DNA of 64,000 nucleotides from a bacterium (GTDB lineage Bacteria; Patescibacteriota; Saccharimonadia; Saccharimonadales; JAUPVS01): NCBI GenBank assembly GCA_029780855.1, contig JAKOXV010000003.1, positions 20,953 to 84,952 of the forward strand, read 5' to 3'. Shown piece by piece: positions 56,278 to 64,000 of this stretch (position 1 is its first letter; each line of letters starts with the position of its first letter). The notes under the pieces were generated by a model. It saw only the letters and a program-made list of their open reading frames with translations, ran no database searches and was not told where the DNA came from. The position numbers and the translations under genes were made by a program.

Positions 56278-56316
56278 TTTCCTAGGGAACAGTCTAGCAG
56301 AAATCTACGTCTCCAC

Positions 56317-56655
56317 CTAGCTTGGTTCTCTGAACAATCCATAGATTAAGACAATGAAATAGACGATGACCATCAGCGCAATACCCGAGTATACATACAG
56401 GTGTGCCATGGACTTTGCTTGAGTCTGCGGGCTTGGTGTTGCCTGGGCACTTTGCACGGTGATTGGTTTTCCGTTTACCCTAATAACCCCTTTGCCCTGA
56501 TCAAGTAAATTGAGGGCATTGACAGTCTGCATTGAAGAATCCTGTAAAGAACTAGATTGAGGCTGCAGAGAACTCGTGGGTATGTTCTGGGGATTACCGG
56601 TTTGCGTGCCGGTTCCCGTTTGTTGATACTGCGCCGAAGCACTACTTGTGTCCAA
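56317..56655 (-). CDS. Gln/Ser/Thr-rich tail-anchored hypothetical protein
   Basis: 112 aa, low complexity, with C-terminal TM ALMVIVYFIVLIYGL. Confidence 0.45.
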   Translation of the reverse strand: MDTSSASAQYQQTGTGTQTGNPQNIPTSSLQPQSSSLQDSSMQTVNALNLLDQGKGVIRVNGKPITVQSAQATPSPQTQAKSMAHLYVYSGIALMVIVYFIVLIYGLFREPS

Positions 56656-56759
56656 AATTCCCCCTAGCAGGTTTTATTTACCCCTCTATTATCAGTAAAC
56701 GTAAGCTAAATTACAATCACCTATGCGCATTACAGGACTGTGCGTGAAACTTAAACCTA

Positions 56760-58082
56760 TTAGGGCGTAAGCCGATTGATATCACGCGGGAAGAGGGTTG
56801 CTTCTTTGACATTGCCGAGCCCAATTGTTTTTTCTACGAGCCTGTCGATACCAAATCCACATCCACCATGTTGCGGAAGACCATATTTGAATGCCTGCAA
56901 GTAGTACTTGAACCCTTGGTGCGTAACGTTTAGACCGGCATCTTTCATCTGTGCTACTAGCTTTTCGTAATGGTACTCACGCAATGGAACGGTAGCAATT
57001 TCGAGCCCCCTAAACAACAGATCTCCCCACAGTACCGTTTGGTCGTCTTCTGGATTTGCTTGATGGTAAAACTTCATCGCTTCGATTGGAAAATGGGTTG
57101 CATATACAAGTTCTGAACCATGTTTCTTTTTAGCATACTCGCAGATCCACCGCTCTTCATCTGGTATGAGGTCTTTCTCTTTGGTGGTGTCCGTTTTGTT
57201 CGCTTTGCTGTAGAGCTCGTGGATTTCTGCTACGGTAAACTTTGGAACTGATTCGCTGAGCACTAGTTGTGGTGCGTTCAAACTTTTCAGATCTGCTTCG
57301 TGCTCTTTATATACACGTTGCAAGACACGTATCGTCATGTCTCCAACCAAGTCTAGGACTTCATCATGATCCTTAACAAAACCCATCTCAATATCGAGCA
57401 TGGTAAGTTCGCTCATGTGTCTTGTAGTCGCACTTGGCTCCGCCCTAAACGCCGGTCCAATTTCAAATACACGCTCAAAAGCTCCAACCATAATTTGCTT
57501 GTAGAACTGCGGGCTTTGAGCAAGCGTAGCTTCTTTGCCAAAATAATCGAGCTTGAATACTTCAGCTCCTCCTTCAGTAGCTTCGGCGAGCAATTTGGGT
57601 GTCTGGATTTCCACAAATTCTTTGTCATACAAATATTCACGAATGTAGCGGTTCAAGTCAGCACGGATTTTGAAAATCTTCTGTTCTTGTAGGTTACGGA
57701 CGTTTAAAACTCGGTATTCAAATAGCGTATCCAGGTGTTCATGTTTATGGGAAATGGGCTTGTCAATCTCAATGGGTGGCTCATCTGTCACCGGAACCAG
57801 AACAGTTAGTACCGGTTTGTGCAATTCAGCCCCTCCGGGAGCACGAGCCTCTTCGGTTACCTCACCCTCAACTGCTAGCACCGTACCAATTTGCAATCCA
57901 CGAAGCTTCTCGACTTCGTCTTTATCTTCTACGACTACCTGGGTCAGGCCCCGCCGGTCCCGTACGTTAATAAATGCAATGCCGCCTAATAGACGTTTTT
58001 TATGGAGCCATCCTTCGATGCGCACCGATTTGCCGACGTGTTGTTTTACGTCGCTAGATACTGTTCGATTCATAATGCGCAT
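56760..58082 (-). CDS. aspS: aspartate--tRNA ligase, archaeal/type-2 form
   Basis: 440 aa. Anticodon-binding OB domain, FRAEPSATTRHMSELTMLDIEM and GGCGFGIDRLV. It lacks the bacterial insertion domain. Confidence 0.9.
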   Translation of the reverse strand: MRIMNRTVSSDVKQHVGKSVRIEGWLHKKRLLGGIAFINVRDRRGLTQVVVEDKDEVEKLRGLQIGTVLAVEGEVTEEARAPGGAELHKPVLTVLVPVTDEPPIEIDKPISHKHEHLDTLFEYRVLNVRNLQEQKIFKIRADLNRYIREYLYDKEFVEIQTPKLLAEATEGGAEVFKLDYFGKEATLAQSPQFYKQIMVGAFERVFEIGPAFRAEPSATTRHMSELTMLDIEMGFVKDHDEVLDLVGDMTIRVLQRVYKEHEADLKSLNAPQLVLSESVPKFTVAEIHELYSKANKTDTTKEKDLIPDEERWICEYAKKKHGSELVYATHFPIEAMKFYHQANPEDDQTVLWGDLLFRGLEIATVPLREYHYEKLVAQMKDAGLNVTHQGFKYYLQAFKYGLPQHGGCGFGIDRLVEKTIGLGNVKEATLFPRDINRLTP

Positions 58083-58106
58083 TTTAACAGAGGTCAGGGT
58101 AAATTG

Positions 58107-59168
58107 CTACTGCGATTCTGCGCTTTCTGCCTCTGGAGCTGGAGGCAGTCCATCATGTTTTTGCGCCTCGTGCACCTGAATGGCATTTTGGGCAGCGACA
58201 GCTCGGATGTCCTCATACTTATCAAATTCATCTATAATTGGCTTGCCAATTATTTGCTCCAGTACGTCCTCAATAGTGATTATACCCACCACCTCTTCAA
58301 AGGAGTTGACCACTACGAATAGGTGTCGTTTTGTTTTCAAAAATGCTTGTAAGGCTTCATACAGAGTTTGCTCTTCGTGCACATAGTACACTTCTCTTTG
58401 CATGATATTAGCGACTGTTCCCGATGCCTGCTTTGCGACCAAATCATGCAGGTACAGAACACCGGCAATGGTATCTTTTTTACCTTCAAAAACAGGAAAG
58501 CGTGAGTGTCCGCTTTTATGAAGTGTATCCATGAGCACCGGACCGATCGGGTCTTTTATGTTCACATACACCACCTGGCTACGGGGAATCACAATATTGC
58601 GGATTAGCGTATCACCAAAGCTAAGTGCATGTACGGCCATCTCTATCTCTTCTTTGGTGATACGATTGTCAGATTGCTTCTCCTGCTGTTTTAACAGATT
58701 AATGAGATCCTCTTTTTGGTAAAGGCGGGTGTGCCAGTATGGTTCACTGAACCGTCCGATAAATAGCCCTAACTTTTCCAGCCATGGGTGTAAATAGTTT
58801 AAAAGCCAAGAAATTGAGGGTGTACAAAACCGAACAATAGCCTCCCCAAGCCAGCCGGTACGAGTATTTGGCAACCAGGCAAATGCGGCAATCAACACAA
58901 CCACTATGCCAAGTGATGCAAGCGGCCACGGTAGGTGTCTGATAAGCCCAAAAAATAGTGCCGTAGTCGCAATACCCACGATCGTCCACAACAATACCGT
59001 CAGGCTTGTACCGTACGTCATAGCGCGATACATGGTTTTTGCTAACGCATCACCCTTTTGTGCTCGTCGTTTGATTTCTACTAACGGAACGTGTCGATAG
59101 GATTTCAGTAAAGACACAGCAGCAAATACTACAATTATCAAGATCGTAATCAAAAGGACTGTAATCAT
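58107..59168 (-). CDS. CNNM/DUF21 transmembrane domain plus CBS-pair protein (HlyC/CorC family)
   Basis: Four N-terminal TM helices, then two CBS-like motifs (IVIPRSQVVYV..., REVYYVHEEQTLYEAL...VVVNSFEEVVGIITIEDVLEQIIG). Confidence 0.85.
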   Translation of the reverse strand: MITVLLITILIIVVFAAVSLLKSYRHVPLVEIKRRAQKGDALAKTMYRAMTYGTSLTVLLWTIVGIATTALFFGLIRHLPWPLASLGIVVVLIAAFAWLPNTRTGWLGEAIVRFCTPSISWLLNYLHPWLEKLGLFIGRFSEPYWHTRLYQKEDLINLLKQQEKQSDNRITKEEIEMAVHALSFGDTLIRNIVIPRSQVVYVNIKDPIGPVLMDTLHKSGHSRFPVFEGKKDTIAGVLYLHDLVAKQASGTVANIMQREVYYVHEEQTLYEALQAFLKTKRHLFVVVNSFEEVVGIITIEDVLEQIIGKPIIDEFDKYEDIRAVAAQNAIQVHEAQKHDGLPPAPEAESAESQ

Positions 59169-59260
59169 ACGTTAATCTTATAATTACCAGAAGCTTTTTG
59201 AAAGCCGGGAGACAGAACAATCATGGTACTATTTAAGGACAAATAGGAGGATAGGTTTTT

Positions 59261-59908
59261 ATGGACAAGCGCTTTGTGCTTATTTTGGTCGGAATTATTG
59301 TGGTGTTAGGTAGCGTGTTTTGGTTCACGAGATCCAAGAGCACCGCACCCGGATCCAGTAGCTCTACTTCCACCGCAAGCGTCAGTAACCACACTGAGGG
59401 CAAGGGCTCCACAGGTGTTACATTGCGCGAATTTGGTGATTTTCAATGCCCGGCGTGTGGCCAGTACTACCCGATCGTGAAGCAAATCGTTAATGAGTAT
59501 AACGATAAGATAACCTTCCAGTTCAGTAATTTCCCCCTGGTTCAGATTCATCAAAATGCCATGTCTAGCGCCCGCGCAGCAGAGGCTGCCGGCCTGCAGG
59601 GCAAGTACTGGGAAATGCACGACTTACTCTACCAACAGCAGAGCATGTGGTCATCGAGTAGTAGCGCAACAAGTATATTCAACCAATATGCAGCCCAGCT
59701 CGGTTTGAATGTAGAAAAGTTTAAAACAGACTATGCTAGTCCCGCCGTTCTTAATACTATCAATGCAGACATTAAAGCCGCCCAACAGATTGGCGCTACG
59801 GGTACCCCCACGTTTGTACTTGATGGCAAAAAAATAGATACCCCGCCGACTACCATTGAAGGATTTAGAAAGGTGCTAGACGACGCTATTGCGGCCAAGT
59901 CAAACTAA
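59261..59908 (+). CDS. DsbA-family thiol:disulfide oxidoreductase
   Basis: AGGAGGA RBS, a signal-anchor, and the thioredoxin-fold motif FGDFQCPACGQY. Confidence 0.85.
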   Translation: MDKRFVLILVGIIVVLGSVFWFTRSKSTAPGSSSSTSTASVSNHTEGKGSTGVTLREFGDFQCPACGQYYPIVKQIVNEYNDKITFQFSNFPLVQIHQNAMSSARAAEAAGLQGKYWEMHDLLYQQQSMWSSSSSATSIFNQYAAQLGLNVEKFKTDYASPAVLNTINADIKAAQQIGATGTPTFVLDGKKIDTPPTTIEGFRKVLDDAIAAKSN

Positions 59909-59923
59909 ACTCTAGCCAAAATA

Positions 59924-59968
59924 AAAAGAGCGCTACCGTAATTGTTTCGTAGCTTGCTCTTTTTATTT
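59924..59968. terminator. imperfect hairpin terminator
   Basis: AGAGC-GCTAC...GTAGC-(TT)-GCTCT followed by TTTTATTTT. Confidence 0.45.
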
Positions 59969-60060
59969 TAGTAGACCAAGAACTGCTGCCAGCCTGGTCG
60001 TTTTACCTTAACGATTACTCGTTTTTCAGGTGAATGCATTATTTTTACCTTCACCGGCAT
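59968..60060 (-). CDS. possible 30-aa basic peptide
   Basis: MPVKVKIMHSPEKRVIVKVKRPGWQQFLVY. GGGAGA sits 7 nt upstream of the ATG. The ORF ends at the shared hairpin. Confidence 0.2.
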   Translation of the reverse strand: MPVKVKIMHSPEKRVIVKVKRPGWQQFLVY

Positions 60061-60217
60061 ATATATTTCTCCCTGGGTACTCCAAAACCACTCCATATAT
60101 GGCCGGTCCCATTTTATTTTTGATTGTGTTTTTGTCTTTCGTTGAGGTAATGTCTCATTTACCTCTTCTACGAAGTAGTTTCAGTTTGTCACAAAGCGCA
60201 TATGCTTGTCAACAATT

Positions 60218-60646
60218 TTACTGCTGTTTTGTACGACGTTGATGCTCAGCTGCAATTTTGCTATGTAAACGATGTAATAATGGGCTGGTTTCAAGCTTGT
60301 CGTGAATAGTGTGGAACTCGTCGTTCAGCAATCCTAAGTCATGATCGGTCATGTCTTCAAGATCAATAAATGAATTTCGGGCATGCTGCGTAACGCGAAT
60401 AAGTTCATCCAGCTTTAGCTGCATGGCTTTACTGTCCCGGTTTTGAGTGTTCTGAATTAAAAACACCATTAAAAAGGTGATGATGGTTGTACTGGTGTTT
60501 ATTACGAGTTGCCAGGTATCGGAATAGTGAAACACCGGCCCGGTCAGCGCCCACACGATAATAACGGTCAGAGCCAGCACGAACGCATAGGCGGTTCCGG
60601 TGGCAAAAGAGGTACGAGCGGCGAACTTTCGAAATATTTCTTTCAT
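60218..60646 (-). CDS. low-affinity iron permease family protein
   Basis: Start trimmed to ATG 60646. FATGTAYAFVLALTVIIVWALTGP...WQLVINTSTTIITFLMVFLIQNTQNRD...QLKLDELI. Confidence 0.8.
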   Translation of the reverse strand: MKEIFRKFAARTSFATGTAYAFVLALTVIIVWALTGPVFHYSDTWQLVINTSTTIITFLMVFLIQNTQNRDSKAMQLKLDELIRVTQHARNSFIDLEDMTDHDLGLLNDEFHTIHDKLETSPLLHRLHSKIAAEHQRRTKQQ

Positions 60647-60757
60647 GACTTCTTTCTTAATTGTACGGTAATCTATATAATAACCTACAGCATAATAAAA
60701 CAAATATGAACATGTTCAGTACGCAAACACCAAATAGGGTCAGAGGGAGCTAGGATA

Positions 60758-62455
60758 GTGCATACCAGTATTTTCACCCAGCTTGCCCTTATTATTACCC
60801 TCGCTACCGTAGTATCACTGGTTATGCGATTGATTCGGCAACCGCTGATAATCGGCTATATCCTCACCGGAATCATTGTCGGGCCGTCAGTGCTGCACTT
60901 AGTAAAATCACCAGAAACAATCGAGGTTTTCTCTAATATCGGAATTGCCCTACTGCTATTTATTATTGGGCTGGGATTAAACCCAAGGGTCATTAAAGAA
61001 GTCGGCAAGGTAGCTGCTGTCACGGGGGTGCTGCAGGTGGCAATTACTGCTGGGCTTGGTTACGGCGCCGGCATACTTTTTGGGTTTACCAAAAAAGAAG
61101 CCGCTTTCTTAGGCGTAGCGTTAGCATTTAGTAGTACCATTATTATTCTTAAACTCCTCTCCGACAAAAAAGAGCAGACCAGGCTATACGGAAAGATTGC
61201 CACCGGTTTGCTGTTAATCCAAGACATCTTAGCAACCGTTGCGCTGCTGTTTGTAACTAGCGAAGGCGGCCAGGGCCATTTTGCCGTTTCAGAACTAGCA
61301 AAACTATTTGGCAAGGGGCTCGTGATCGCGGTACCGCTCCTTCTAATCGGAAATATGATCCTACCACGTCTGCACAAATTTATTGCCGGAAGCCCGGAGT
61401 TTTTGTTCCTATTCGCTATCGGCTGGGGCTTTGGAAGCGCTGCGCTATTTGAAGTAACCGGTTTTTCGCTTGAAATTGGTGCGCTGATTGCCGGTATCGC
61501 CCTTGCGGCACTTCCCTACACGCAAGAGATTAGTTCACGGTTGCGTCCACTGCGTGATTTCTTCATCGTCGTATTCTTTATTGCGCTTGGTACAAGATTA
61601 AACTTTTCGGGATTCGGCGATATCGTCCCAATACTACTGGTGTCTTGTGTCATCGTAGTCGTCATGAAACCAGTCCTCGTCACCTTGATCACCGGATTGC
61701 TAGGCTATACTAAACGAACAAGTTTCAAGGCCGGAATTGCTACTGCCCAAATCAGTGAATTTTCGCTCGTCTTTGTGTTTTTAGCTAACAAACAGGGGCT
61801 CGTAGGGGATCAACTAACCTCCCTGGTTACCCTGGTGGCGCTCGTTACCATAGCAATTTCAGCATACCTCATCACCTACTCTGATGGCCTGTATATCTTT
61901 TTTGAAAAGCACTTCTTGATGTTTGAACGGCGTAAAACCCACGCCGACCGCCATGGCAAAGAAACCTATGAAATGGTGCTTTTTGGTTACCGCAAGGGCG
62001 GCCATGAATTCATGAAGGTATTTCAGGGACTCAAGAAAAAGTTTGTGGTGGTGGACTATGACCCGGAAGTCATCGATATTCTTGAGCACCAGAAAGTCGA
62101 TTACGTGTATGGCGATGTCACTGATATTGAACTGTTAGAGGAGATAAATCTTGATAAGGTTCGGCTAGTGGTATCGACTATTACCGATTACAATACCACC
62201 CAATCACTAGTGAAGCTCATGGATACGGTTAATCCAAATGCTGTGGTCATTTGTCATGCCGATTCAATCGAGGAAGCATCTTCACTTTACGATGCCGGAG
62301 CCAGCTACGTCATGCTACCCCACTACATTGGGAGTGAAAAAATTAGCGCCTTTATCAAAAAAAGTGGGCTCAAGAAGAGCGAGTTCAAGCGTTTCAGGGA
62401 AAAGCACCTGGCCTACCTACAAACCCACAGTACCGACTACGCAACCGAATCGTAA
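60758..62455 (+). CDS. cation:proton antiporter (CPA2/Kef-type) with C-terminal RCK/TrkA-N-like domain
   Basis: GTG start, about 12 TM helices (LIRQPLIIGYILTGIIVGPS), then a soluble VLFGYRKGGHEF...DVTD domain. Confidence 0.9.
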   Translation: MHTSIFTQLALIITLATVVSLVMRLIRQPLIIGYILTGIIVGPSVLHLVKSPETIEVFSNIGIALLLFIIGLGLNPRVIKEVGKVAAVTGVLQVAITAGLGYGAGILFGFTKKEAAFLGVALAFSSTIIILKLLSDKKEQTRLYGKIATGLLLIQDILATVALLFVTSEGGQGHFAVSELAKLFGKGLVIAVPLLLIGNMILPRLHKFIAGSPEFLFLFAIGWGFGSAALFEVTGFSLEIGALIAGIALAALPYTQEISSRLRPLRDFFIVVFFIALGTRLNFSGFGDIVPILLVSCVIVVVMKPVLVTLITGLLGYTKRTSFKAGIATAQISEFSLVFVFLANKQGLVGDQLTSLVTLVALVTIAISAYLITYSDGLYIFFEKHFLMFERRKTHADRHGKETYEMVLFGYRKGGHEFMKVFQGLKKKFVVVDYDPEVIDILEHQKVDYVYGDVTDIELLEEINLDKVRLVVSTITDYNTTQSLVKLMDTVNPNAVVICHADSIEEASSLYDAGASYVMLPHYIGSEKISAFIKKSGLKKSEFKRFREKHLAYLQTHSTDYATES

Positions 62456-62994
62456 AGTTTGTGCGACACAATGTATTGACCAACTTCTTTGGGTACATAG
62501 CGCTCTAGGTCTGTTTTTGTTGTACGTATGATCGACGAAGAAATGTCGCGAGCCTCCGTGGTGATTGTGACATGTTCAAACGGTAGCTCTGCCATTTGAT
62601 CGTTGCTACGCAAGCCAATCACAAACTGTACGTTCCGCTGCAACACATCAAAATCTGGCCAGTGCGGTACATCAAGCGCCAGATCACTACCAATCAGCAT
62701 TACTATGTTCCCGAACTCTTTTTCTAGTTCTGGCAACGAATCGCGGACAGTGAAGGTCTGCTGCTGCAGATCGTACAATCCTAGCCTGGGGTTGGTATGG
62801 GTGGCCAGCCAAACCATGTTCATTCTGTCTCTCAGCGCACTGACGTGCTGTTTCCTACGAGGCGTTGGTTCGACCAAGAAAACTACCTCGTCAACAAATC
62901 CTTTGTCTATGGCTGCATTTGCAAAAGCCAGGTGTCCTTTATGGATGGGGTCAAAAACACCGCTGTATATCCCGACTTTACTCATGCTCTTCAT
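62437..62994 (-). CDS. nadD: nicotinate-nucleotide adenylyltransferase
   Basis: GIYSGVFDPIHKGHLAFA...ISSSIIR. Confidence 0.9.
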   Translation of the reverse strand: MKSMSKVGIYSGVFDPIHKGHLAFANAAIDKGFVDEVVFLVEPTPRRKQHVSALRDRMNMVWLATHTNPRLGLYDLQQQTFTVRDSLPELEKEFGNIVMLIGSDLALDVPHWPDFDVLQRNVQFVIGLRSNDQMAELPFEHVTITTEARDISSSIIRTTKTDLERYVPKEVGQYIVSHKLYDSVA

Positions 62995-63042
62995 TATATG
63001 TCATATTGCGTTACGGTCTCCATGAGCAGTAAAACGAATGTT

Positions 63043-63213
63043 TTATTCGGCTGGAATCCCCTCACAGCACTTAGTGGGCATTTTACATTCCGGGCAAACA
63101 AAGTGGCCGTGCACGGGCACTATCGGGTAGTGCCCGCAATTGTCACAAAAGAACTCTGGAGACCGCTCTTTAATAAGCTCTTTGTAGATGCCGTCCTGAT
63201 CAGTGTCATTCAT
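63043..63213 (-). CDS. 56-aa zinc-ribbon protein (not in ORF track)
   Basis: MNDTDQDGIYKELIKERSPEFFCDNCGHYPIVPVHGHFVCPECKMPTKCCEGIPAE has a CxxC...CxxC pattern. Begins 25 nt after the upstream gene. Confidence 0.5.
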   Translation of the reverse strand: MNDTDQDGIYKELIKERSPEFFCDNCGHYPIVPVHGHFVCPECKMPTKCCEGIPAE

Positions 63214-63237
63214 ACACCTATTTTACTCGCTTTTCGA

Positions 63238-64000
63238 TCAGCAGCGGACGCTAATTCCACACTTTTTGCATTTTTCCAGCAATTTGTTACGGGGTCGTTT
63301 ATTAGTGTGGCCACGCTGGCACTTAAACTTTAGTGAACCGTATTTATCTTCTTCGGACTTGTTTCCATAACCAGCTTGTCCCAGCTGTTCTTGCGTAGGT
63401 ATATTCTCGGCTCCCAACGTTAAGCCACAACCACTGAAAGATCTCCCCGCCCGATCAGCTTCCCTGCCGGCTTTAACTATTTCATTCATGAGTTCCGTCA
63501 GGCTAATAGTACATGGCATTCGCTCGTTTAGACCTGCCGTAAGGGCAGTGCTTGATGCGGCCGTGTAGCGCTTCTGGATCGTTGCCGCTATATCGCGCAG
63601 AAACCCGGGGTTATCGCCAAACTTTTGTGCAGTTTCGGTGTACAGGCCAAGTAAATCATGCTGCTCACACACGAACTCATAGGTATTAATCGAGTGGTCA
63701 GTCTGCCTGCCTGCATACCAACTACCACCGTACCGCTCTGCCAATGCGCGATCATACACGCCGGTAAGTTGATCAATTAAAAATTCATTTGGCGCCTCTC
63801 CGGTCTTAAGGAGCATGCGCTGTCCGAGCAGCTCCCCTTCTGCCGGAATAAAACCTAGCGCAAAATACATCGCTTCTAGGGCTGCTCTGTCGCTTTGGTC
63901 TAAACTCTGAGATTGCATGATCATGCGGCCATCATTTGTCTTGGTGAGCACCCGTAGCATGGTAGTTTTACGCCCTACGTTATAGCCACCAACGTCTCGG
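63238..64000 (-). CDS. hypothetical protein with C-terminal zinc ribbon (5' end possibly beyond window)
   Basis: The frame stays open upstream of ATG 63960 to the window edge. C-terminus reads KFKCQRGHTNKRPRNKLLEKCKKCG. Confidence 0.6.
   Translation of the reverse strand, partial: RDVGGYNVGRKTTMLRVLTKTNDGRMIMQSQSLDQSDRAALEAMYFALGFIPAEGELLGQRMLLKTGEAPNEFLIDQLTGVYDRALAERYGGSWYAGRQTDHSINTYEFVCEQHDLLGLYTETAQKFGDNPGFLRDIAATIQKRYTAASSTALTAGLNERMPCTISLTELMNEIVKAGREADRAGRSFSGCGLTLGAENIPTQEQLGQAGYGNKSEEDKYGSLKFKCQRGHTNKRPRNKLLEKCKKCGISVRC

Noticed and set aside
60030-60242. 70-aa plus-strand ORF (GTG start)
   Set aside because: It lies in the convergent gap, overlaps the iron-permease 3' end, has a hydrophobic low-complexity sequence, and has no RBS.
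1-64000. CRISPR arrays, rRNA genes, transposases, integrases or prophage blocks, including next to the four tRNAs
   Set aside because: I saw no spaced direct-repeat arrays, no recombinase-like ORFs and no attachment-site duplications of tRNA 3' ends. tRNA flanks are ordinary promoters and terminators.

Overview
The window is a gene-dense, mostly minus-strand stretch of a small bacterial genome. It uses the standard code: TGA is a stop at 130-132 and at the end of bcp. From gene content I infer a reduced Patescibacteria/CPR-type organism, possibly Saccharibacteria-like. That content includes type IV pseudopilins, ComEC, an archaeal-type AspRS, TilS with three CAU tRNAs, VKOR plus DsbA, and many membrane-anchored orphan proteins; I could not test this placement. 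Recognisable housekeeping genes are ruvABC, yebC, hrcA-grpE-dnaK-dnaJ with two upstream CIRCE elements, lepA, murJ, ftsH, tilS, murC-like, tsaC, aspS, nadD, dus, a P-type ATPase, a CPA2 antiporter and an ABC-2 exporter. There are four tRNAs: Lys-UUU and three with anticodon CAU. I saw no CRISPR array, rRNA, transposase or integrase. The items most worth a second look: (1) a translationally coupled pair of a dockerin-bearing multi-Ig secreted protein and a membrane-anchored cohesin protein (21426-24569). (2) A type IV pilin gene split by a +1 frameshift, so its prepilin leader falls below the ORF-track cutoff (35588-35927). (3) A RimB-like/RimK/DUF192 operon facing a second ATP-grasp ligase and a sensor-less GGDEF cyclase (12118-16643). 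(4) Two orphan ORFs coupled inside the dnaK operon. (5) A double lamin-tail-domain protein with four Cys-pair repeats near comEC. (6) A unit with a consensus promoter and a terminator, holding two tiny ORFs, between tRNA genes. (7) An ORF interrupted by an in-frame TGA. All family names come from motif reading by eye; no database search was run.
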